Origin: Candidatus Methylomirabilis sp.
GTDB taxonomy: Bacteria > Methylomirabilota > Methylomirabilia > Methylomirabilales > Methylomirabilaceae
NCBI GenBank assembly: GCA_041498975.1
Contig: JBGQJI010000048.1
Span: forward strand, 1 to 16,693
DNA: 16,693 bases
Direction of reading: 5' to 3'
Positions 8,513 to 14,705 of the stretch are shown here, one piece after another. The position numbers were made by a program, and so were the translations under genes. Within the stretch, counting starts at the first letter, position 1. Every line of letters begins with the position of its first letter. Under the pieces are notes generated by a model that did no database searches, was not told where the DNA came from, and worked only from the letters and a program-made list of their open reading frames with translations.

Positions 8513-9019
8513 ATGGCTTACTCGGCTGACTTTCAAGGCCGGGCCCATCGGGTGGCGGTGACTGAAGGTGGGTTGCCGGCGGCGGTTCGGCTGGACGAGA
8601 GCACCTATGAGGTCGATTTCACCCACATCGGGGGAGGGCTCTTCTCCCTCATTGTCCGAGGCCGATCGTATGAGGTCGATGTGGTGGAGGAGGGGGAAGG
8701 TGCGCTCGTGGTCTGGGTGGAGGGTGAGCCGCACCACATCCAGTTCGAGGAAGAGGGCCGCCGGCGACGCAGGAGCGCCAGGGCCCCTGGCCAGGTGGCG
8801 GGAGGTCGCCGAACCATTGTTGCCCCGATGCCGGGTAAGGTGGTGAAAGTCCTGGTTTCCCTTGGGCAGGAGGTTAGCGCCGGGCAAGGGGTGATCGTCG
8901 TCGAGGCGATGAAGATGGAAAACGAGTTGAAGGCGTCAGGGCCAGGGGTTGTCAAAGAGATCAGGGTCCAGGAGGGGACCGGTGTCGGCGGGGGGGATGT
9001 CTTGGTGGTGATCGAGTAA
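8513..9019 (+). CDS. Biotin carboxyl carrier protein (biotinyl domain plus N-terminal beta domain)
   Basis: IVAPMPGKVV and the biotin-attachment motif EAMKMENE. The start is placed at ATG 8513 because the longer ORF start translates the heptamer repeat. Confidence 0.92.
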   Translation: MAYSADFQGRAHRVAVTEGGLPAAVRLDESTYEVDFTHIGGGLFSLIVRGRSYEVDVVEEGEGALVVWVEGEPHHIQFEEEGRRRRRSARAPGQVAGGRRTIVAPMPGKVVKVLVSLGQEVSAGQGVIVVEAMKMENELKASGPGVVKEIRVQEGTGVGGGDVLVVIE

Positions 9020-9023
9020 GGGC

Positions 9024-9110
9024 GTTCGTAGTTCAGAGTTCGTAGTTCATAGACAATCGCAGCAAAGGAGAGCTTGGTCTTCTCCGAACTCTGAACGCTG
9101 AACTACGAAC
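9024..9110. repeat. Inverted heptamer tandem repeat (GTTCnnA)x4 / (nnnGAAC)x4
   Basis: GTTCGTA GTTCAGA GTTCGTA GTTCATA (9024-9051) and TCCGAAC TCTGAAC GCTGAAC TACGAAC (9083-9110). Confidence 0.85.
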
Positions 9111-9127
9111 CTGCACGGAGACGTGTG

Positions 9128-10807
9128 ATGGAGCGCGATGAGCGATTGGACCGGATAGAGAGCGACCTCGAAGCGTGGGAGGCGGAGGTTCTCCAGCCTG
9201 TCCTTGCGCGCGCACCGGAGCGGAAAAAGGAGTTTAAGACGAGCTCCGACATCGAGGTGAATCGTCTCTACACCCCGGTGGATCTTTCCGACCACGACTA
9301 CTCGGTGCGGGCGGCGTTCCCCGGGAGCTATCCCTTTACCCGTGGCGTGCAGCCGACCATGTACCGAGGCCGTTTCTGGACCATGCGACAGTACGCCGGC
9401 TTCGGGACGGCAGAGGAGACCAACCGGCGATTCCACTTTTTGCTCCAGCAAGGACAGACGGGACTGTCGGTGGCCTTCGACCTCCCGACCCAGATCGGCT
9501 TCGACTCGGACGATCCGATGGCGGAGGGCGAGGTTGGGAAGGTCGGCGTGGCGATCGACTCCATGGCCGACATGGAGGCCCTCCTTGAGGGGATTCCCCT
9601 CGACCGGGTCAGCACCTCCATGACCATCAATGCCACGGCCTCGATCCTTCTGGCGATGTATGTGGCTGTCGCGGAGAAGCAGGGCGTCGCGCCCGGGAAG
9701 ATCTCGGGGACTGTCCAGAATGACATTCTCAAAGAGTATATCGCCCGTGGGACATACATCTTCCCTCCGGGGCCCTCGATGCGCTTGATCACCGATACCT
9801 TCGCCTACTGCGCGCAGGAGCTTCCGCGCTGGAACGCCATCAGCATCAGCGGATATCATATTCGGGAGGCTGGATCGACGGCGGTTCAGGAGGTGGCATT
9901 CACCTTGGCGGACGGGATCGCCTATGTGGAGGCCGCGATCACAGCAGGCCTGGATGTGGACCGCTTTGCCTCCCAGCTCTCCTTCTTCTTTAACGCCCAC
10001 AACAACCTCCTGGAGGAGGTGGCCAAGTTCCGCGCGGCCCGCCGGCTCTGGGCCGGGATCATGCGGGAACGGTTCAAAGCCAGCGACCCCAGATCGTGGA
10101 TGCTGCGCTTCCATGCCCAGACCTCCGGCGTAAGCCTGACGGCGCAGCAACCGGAGAACAACGCGGTTCGTGTCACGTTGCAGGCCCTGGCCGCGGTCCT
10201 GGGTGGAGCCCAGTCGCTCCACACCAACTCGCGTGACGAAGCGCTGGGACTCCCGACCGAAGACGCAGCCCGACTGGCGCTCAGGACCCAGCAGATCATT
10301 GCCTACGAGAGCGGAGTCGCGGATACCGTCGATCCGCTCGGAGGTTCCTACTGCCTGGAAGCCCTGACCGATCGGATCGAGGCGGAGGCCTCGGCCTACC
10401 TTGAGAAGATCGACGCGATGGGAGGGGTGCTTCGGGCGGTTGAGGCCGGATTCATCCAGCGGGAGATCCAGGAGGCTGCATACCGGGAGCAACAGGCCAC
10501 AGAGGCAGGGAGCCACATCGTGGTCGGACTCAACGAATTCGCTAGCGCCGAGACGGTCAGTATCCCGGTCTTCGCCGTCGATCCAACTCTCGAGGCGGAG
10601 CAACGGGCGAGGCTTGAGCGGGTCCGCCGTAATCGGGACCGCGAGCGAGTCGAAAAGGCGCTGAAGGTACTGGGTGAGGCCGCGCGCGGGAAAGATAATC
10701 TGCTCCCGCTCTTGATCGACGCGGTGAGGGCCTACGCCACCATTGGAGAGATCTCCTCCATATTGCGGGGCGTCTTTGGGGAACACCGCGAAACAGTCAC
10801 CATCTAG
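9128..10807 (+). CDS. mcmA: Methylmalonyl-CoA mutase, large (substrate-binding TIM-barrel) subunit, without B12-binding domain
   Basis: [61 protein letters not shown]. Ends ATIGEI..LRGVFG with no DxHxxG motif. GGAG lies 7 nt before ATG 9128 (GTG 9125 is an alternative start). Confidence 0.93.
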   Translation: MERDERLDRIESDLEAWEAEVLQPVLARAPERKKEFKTSSDIEVNRLYTPVDLSDHDYSVRAAFPGSYPFTRGVQPTMYRGRFWTMRQYAGFGTAEETNRRFHFLLQQGQTGLSVAFDLPTQIGFDSDDPMAEGEVGKVGVAIDSMADMEALLEGIPLDRVSTSMTINATASILLAMYVAVAEKQGVAPGKISGTVQNDILKEYIARGTYIFPPGPSMRLITDTFAYCAQELPRWNAISISGYHIREAGSTAVQEVAFTLADGIAYVEAAITAGLDVDRFASQLSFFFNAHNNLLEEVAKFRAARRLWAGIMRERFKASDPRSWMLRFHAQTSGVSLTAQQPENNAVRVTLQALAAVLGGAQSLHTNSRDEALGLPTEDAARLALRTQQIIAYESGVADTVDPLGGSYCLEALTDRIEAEASAYLEKIDAMGGVLRAVEAGFIQREIQEAAYREQQATEAGSHIVVGLNEFASAETVSIPVFAVDPTLEAEQRARLERVRRNRDRERVEKALKVLGEAARGKDNLLPLLIDAVRAYATIGEISSILRGVFGEHRETVTI

Positions 10808-10900
10808 GGGAGAGGGTATAGGGTCGAGGGTAGAGGGTGGAAGGGAGAAACGACATCTTCTTCTGTCGCCGATATCCGCTTTTGCTAGACCCTATACCCT
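10806..10900. repeat. Inverted heptamer tandem repeat (AGGGTnn)x5 / (TAnACCC)x2
   Basis: AGGGGAG AGGGTAT AGGGTCG AGGGTAG AGGGTGG (10806-10840) and TAGACCC TATACCC T (10886-10900). Confidence 0.75.
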
Positions 10901-10922
10901 GGTATACACCCCGGGAGGAATC

Positions 10923-11336
10923 ATGGTGCGTCGGGTCGAGCACATCGCCATTGCTGTGAAGGATGTCGAGGCCTCTGCAAAACTGTTCGAAACGCTCCTC
11001 GGAATCGATCGCGGTCATACCGAGACGCTGCCCGCCGAGCGCGTCAAAGTGGCGTTCTTCGAACTTGGGGACTGTCGAATCGAGCTGGTCGAGGGGATTG
11101 GCTCGGATAACCCAACGGCCAAGTTCATCGAGAAGCGGGGCGAGGGAATCCACCACATCTGCCTTGAGGTCGAAGACCTTCCAGCGACCCTCAGCCGGCT
11201 GGATGCGGCCGGCTTCCCCCTTATCGACAAAGTCCCCAAGCCCGGATCGCGAGGGACAAGAGTAGCCTTCGTGCACCCCAAAGGGTGCAACGGCGTTCTT
11301 GTGGAGCTGGTTGAGCAGCCCCGAAAGATCTCGTAG
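10923..11336 (+). CDS. mce: Methylmalonyl-CoA epimerase (VOC family)
   Basis: EHIAIAV, RVKVAF, IELVE, KFIEKRGEGIHHICLEV, VAFVHPK..NGVLVELVE. SD GGGAGG upstream of ATG 10923. Adjacent to the mutase gene. Confidence 0.93.
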   Translation: MVRRVEHIAIAVKDVEASAKLFETLLGIDRGHTETLPAERVKVAFFELGDCRIELVEGIGSDNPTAKFIEKRGEGIHHICLEVEDLPATLSRLDAAGFPLIDKVPKPGSRGTRVAFVHPKGCNGVLVELVEQPRKIS

Positions 11337-11371
11337 TCTCTCATGCTTTGCAAGGGGTTGACCGTCCCGGT

Positions 11372-11450
11372 GCCACCCCTCATCCTCTCCGTTGTATCTC
11401 CCCTCAACCTCACCTTCTCCCCGCTGGGGAGAGGGCAGGAATGAGGTGGC
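11372..11450. repeat. REP-like GC-rich palindromic element
   Basis: Inner hairpin CCTTCTCCCC-gct-GGGGAGAGGG. Outer pairing GCCA..CCTCAT..CCT with AGG..ATGAGG.TGGC. Confidence 0.55.
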
Positions 11451-11539
11451 GAGGGCAAGCGAGTGAGGTTGACCTAGCGCGCTGCCTGTCACGAATACCG
11501 AAGCCATTCAGGGACGGTGCTGTAGCTCGGAGGGTATGT

Positions 11540-13498
11540 ATGCGTAGAAGGCGATTCCTCCTGCCGGTCCCGATCTCTCGCGTGGCCCTCCTTTTCCTGC
11601 TCCTGTTTTCATTCTCGTTTGTTGCCACTATTCGTGGGGCTGCTCTCGCTCAAGAGCGGGCCCCTGTTCCCAAGCGCGCCCCGGTTGCTGCCAAAGAGAA
11701 GGTTGGCGGAATTGCCGAGGCCGCTCGGGTTGTGGCCGACAGGCTTGTCGCTGCATTTCCACGGGTAGAGGGCGTCATCATCGGTTTCGAGGGCGATCAG
11801 GTCCTGATCGATCGTGGCACAGCAGACAAGGTCTTTCAGGGGTTGGAACTGGAGGTCTTCCGCGAAGGGGAAGAGTTCAAACATCCCCTCACTGGAGAGG
11901 TGTTGGGAAGGCTGGATAAGGAACTGGGGCAACTCCGGGTCCTTCAAGTTCGGGAGAAGTACGCTGTGGCAACCGTCACCAAGAGGTCTGAGAAGGCCGA
12001 GATTCGCCAGGGCGACCAGTTTCGCGTCCCGATGGCTCGCATGATCGTGGCATTTCCCAATTGCGAGATGGAAGAGGCCAAAGCGGCCAACGCAAAATCG
12101 GTGACCAAGGACCTGGCTGCGGCCCTGGTTCGAACAGGTCGCTTCGAGTTGATCGAGGAGCGGCAGTTGCGATCGATGCTGTTGGCCGACAAGAATCTCA
12201 CGTCAGGGGATCTGGCCGACCCTCGCACCCTCAAACAGCTCTTCGAGAAAGGCAAGGCCCAGGCGCTGCTGCTGGGTCGTCTGACGCCGGTGGCGGATGG
12301 TGTCTCTCTCGATGTCCAGGTCTACTCAACGCTGACGGGTAATCCGCTGGTGTTGGCCAGCGCGGAGGTGAAACCGGCCGGTGTCACAAGCGATCGGCCA
12401 TCGCTGGCGCCCAAGCCGGGGCGCGCCGTTCGTTCGACGGAGCTTACGACAGGTCGGTTGAGTGAGCCCACGATGGGTGAGTCCGTGGAGCCGGTGGCCT
12501 CTCCCACCAGGGCATCCAATGCCCGCCCGTCTGCTCCCAAGCCATCAGAGCGGTTCCGGCTTGGACCGGAGTTCGACCGGCCGATGCAGGCCCTTGCTGT
12601 TGGGGATCTGGATGGCGACAACGCCAACGAGCTGCTTGTGGGGGCCCCTGATCGCCTTATCGCCTACCGGATCGATGGCCAGCGCCTCACTCTGCTCGCG
12701 GAGCGCCCCTTGAGCGGAAAAGAAACCATCGCAGTTCTGGAGGCCGCCGACATCACCGGCGACGGCCGCGCCGAAGTCGTCCTGACCCTGTTGCAGAAGG
12801 GCCGCTTCCATTCGCTTGTCCTGAATTGGATCGAGGGCAAGCTCGCGCCAGTCTGGGACGTCCCCGACCTTGTCCTCCGACTTCTATCGACTGACGGGAA
12901 GACGACTCAGCTCTTCGGTCAGGAGGCGCCGCAGGCTGGACGAAGCAACAGCCCGATCCATCGCTACACCTGGGACGGCCGGACCTACACTCGGGCCCAA
13001 ATGCTTGATGCGCCAGCGGGGATTTCCCTGCTCGGGTTAAGCCTTGCAGATCTGGGCGGGGATGGTGGAACGCGGTTTCTGTCGGTGAAGGAAGGGACCG
13101 TCCTGGAGGTTCACTCCCAAGGCGGGAAGCTGGTGGCCACGTACAAGGATGGTGGGCGTCTGATGGCATCACGGCGCGGCCTCAGCCCTCGGATCCTGAT
13201 CGAGAGCGGGGGCGACCCGGAGCGGCCCCAGATCATCTTGGGGCGAGAGCAAGAGACCGGGGTCCGGATGCTGCGCTGGTTGACCGGCGCCAAGGCCACA
13301 ACCTTGACCGCCCTGAGGTGGACTGGTGAGACGTTCCAAGAGGTATGGCAAACGCCTCCTACGGATGGAAAGCTGGCCGACTATGCTGTCGTTGATCTTG
13401 GAGGAGGACTCGGGCGCCACCTCCTCCTGCTGGTCGTGAGGGAGGGAAGATTGGGGTTTGGTGGGAAGAGCGAGATTCACGCATTTCGCCTTCGATGA
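11540..13498 (+). CDS. Secreted protein: FlgT-C-like domain, CsgG/TolB-N-like domain, Pro/Ser-rich linker and FG-GAP/VCBS repeats
   Basis: SD GGAGGG then ATG 11540 and signal peptide MRRRRFLL...AALA. VLIDRG..LEVFREGEEFKHPLTGEVLG is FlgT-C-like. LVRTGRFELIEER is CsgG-like. Repeats GDLDGD, ADITGDG and ADLGGDG. Confidence 0.75.
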   Translation: MRRRRFLLPVPISRVALLFLLLFSFSFVATIRGAALAQERAPVPKRAPVAAKEKVGGIAEAARVVADRLVAAFPRVEGVIIGFEGDQVLIDRGTADKVFQGLELEVFREGEEFKHPLTGEVLGRLDKELGQLRVLQVREKYAVATVTKRSEKAEIRQGDQFRVPMARMIVAFPNCEMEEAKAANAKSVTKDLAAALVRTGRFELIEERQLRSMLLADKNLTSGDLADPRTLKQLFEKGKAQALLLGRLTPVADGVSLDVQVYSTLTGNPLVLASAEVKPAGVTSDRPSLAPKPGRAVRSTELTTGRLSEPTMGESVEPVASPTRASNARPSAPKPSERFRLGPEFDRPMQALAVGDLDGDNANELLVGAPDRLIAYRIDGQRLTLLAERPLSGKETIAVLEAADITGDGRAEVVLTLLQKGRFHSLVLNWIEGKLAPVWDVPDLVLRLLSTDGKTTQLFGQEAPQAGRSNSPIHRYTWDGRTYTRAQMLDAPAGISLLGLSLADLGGDGGTRFLSVKEGTVLEVHSQGGKLVATYKDGGRLMASRRGLSPRILIESGGDPERPQIILGREQETGVRMLRWLTGAKATTLTALRWTGETFQEVWQTPPTDGKLADYAVVDLGGGLGRHLLLLVVREGRLGFGGKSEIHAFRLR

Positions 13499-13541
13499 CC
13501 ACCCGCCAATTCGCTCATGTCCCTAACTCTTCCCCTCACTT

Positions 13542-13760
13542 CCCAGGCTGTACGTCGTCTTCGAACGAGCTCTCTCTGAGGGGCTTTCCGATTGGCCAAG
13601 CGCGATGGGGTGTCCCTCTCGCTGAAGGCGCGCGACTTGCTCAAGTCGGCGCTGGAGATCGAGAAGGATATAGTCCTGGTGCGATTTACGGAGGAACGTG
13701 AGCGCTCTTCCGATCGCGAGAAAGCCTTGACCCATCCTCAAGCATGGGAGCATTTGGGCG
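13542..13760 (+). pseudogene. Frameshifted remnant of an RHH-type (RelB/DUF6290-like) antitoxin
   Basis: Frame A reads PRLYVVFERALSEG (from 13542), then shifts near 13585 to frame B: RLAKRDGVSLSLKARDLLKSALEIEKDIVLVRFTEERERSSDREKALTHPQAWE. No intact start or SD, and no toxin gene downstream. Confidence 0.65.
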
Positions 13761-13825
13761 GTCGAGGCGGTGAGTGGCTTGTACCCTCCCCTACCATCTC
13801 CAAAGGGTCTCAGACATCGCGGTCC

Positions 13826-14071
13826 TTAGGGCCGGGTGGCGATCAGCCGACGGCTTAGGACCTTCCTGGGCTGCGTGGCAAGATATGCGGCCAACGCCTC
13901 GCGCACCACGTCCGCGAGCGAGCGACGTTCCGTGAAGGCGATCTCGCGGAGCGCCTCGTGCTGTGCCGCCTCGATTGCGGCAAAGAGCGTCACCGGGGCC
14001 GTGAGCCTCTTCTCTCCCACCCGCTCGCTGCTACGGTGCGACCTTACCCTTGCTGCTGCTTTAGTCTTCAT
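13826..14071 (-). CDS. Ribbon-helix-helix (CopG-like) DNA-binding protein, 81 aa
   Basis: Strong SD GAGGAGGAGG before ATG 14071. VTLFAAIEAAQHEALREIAFTERRSLADVVREALAAYL fits the RHH beta-alpha-alpha pattern. Overlaps the upstream gene by 11 nt. Confidence 0.8.
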   Translation of the reverse strand: MKTKAAARVRSHRSSERVGEKRLTAPVTLFAAIEAAQHEALREIAFTERRSLADVVREALAAYLATQPRKVLSRRLIATRP

Positions 14072-14453
14072 CCCTGACCTCCTCCTCACTGACAATGAGT
14101 TGCTCGACGGGACCAACAAACTTGAGATAGATCGCCTTCTGCCGGAACCGCTGGCAGAGCACGTCCCGCGCGTAGGCGCGGAGCCACGCGCGGGCGGCTT
14201 CGGTATCGGGCACATCCAGCTCCATCAAGGCCAGTACGTCTCGACCGATGATCCTTTGATCCCACCAGAAGCCCCGCGGCGCGTCGTGGCGAAACATGAA
14301 AAGCGTCCCCCCTCCGAACTGCTGGGCGAGTTCGTCAGCCGTTTCCAGAAACTTCTCGTCCTCTACGGGTACCCGCGCCCCCGTAGCGTCGGGGTTGTAG
14401 AACAGCGGGAACCGCAGCAGGACAGTGACCCACCCGGCTGGGGCATCAGTCAT
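14061..14453 (-). CDS. Hypothetical protein, 130 aa (possibly DUF3574-like / PII-ferredoxin-like fold)
   Basis: SD AGGAG upstream of the start. Pattern FPLFYN..EDEKF..ELAQQFGGGT..RGFWWD..D..ELDV..RFRQKAIY resembles small uncharacterised alpha/beta proteins. Confidence 0.75.
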   Translation of the reverse strand: MTDAPAGWVTVLLRFPLFYNPDATGARVPVEDEKFLETADELAQQFGGGTLFMFRHDAPRGFWWDQRIIGRDVLALMELDVPDTEAARAWLRAYARDVLCQRFRQKAIYLKFVGPVEQLIVSEEEVRDED

Positions 14454-14494
14454 GACCCCTCTCCTGGAATTCGACTACCAGATCTCTTGCAAGT

Positions 14495-14523
14495 ACCCTA
14501 GCATACTAGCATGCTATTGTAAA
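14495..14523 (-). promoter_or_regulatory. Sigma70 promoter with overlapping TAGCAT/ATGCTA operator
   Basis: Minus strand TTTACA (14523-14518), 17 bp spacer, TAGGGT (14500-14495) with extended TG. TAGCAT direct repeats at 14499 and 14507, and perfect palindrome TAGCATGCTA at 14507-14516. Confidence 0.65.
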
Positions 14524-14705
14524 GCTATCGGTCTGTCCGGTCCGAATCTATAAACGTGCTCCCCTAGACTCCGGTCCTTGCAAGGGAAGAAGGAAAGGTT
14601 GAGGGGGAAAAATTTCTGGTCACAATTCGCTTGACGCGGATGCGGCCGGGTGGTAGAAGGCGGGCAGTTTGGGCGCGGGGCGACCGTGACGGAGAGGAGA
14701 AGGGT

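Noticed and set aside
8900..9127. Cobalamin riboswitch upstream of the mutase
   Set aside because: The intergenic region is fully explained by the heptamer hairpin; no B12-box consensus seen.
9047..10786. 579-aa antisense ORF, and similar antisense ORFs over pccB, accC and mtaB
   Set aside because: Shadow ORFs opposite well-conserved genes, expected from high-GC codon bias.
10743..11539. N-terminal extensions of the mce ORF (from 10743) and the FG-GAP ORF (from 11348)
   Set aside because: They translate intergenic repeats. Downstream ATGs at 10923 and 11540 have clear SDs and sensible N-termini.
13836..14501. 221-aa + strand ORF
   Set aside because: Antisense to the two minus-strand genes, which have SDs, a promoter and protein-like sequences.
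14631..14659. Possible promoter TTGACG-17-TAGAAG for the surface protein gene
   Set aside because: The -35 and spacing are good, but the -10 lacks the conserved final T; too weak to list as a feature.
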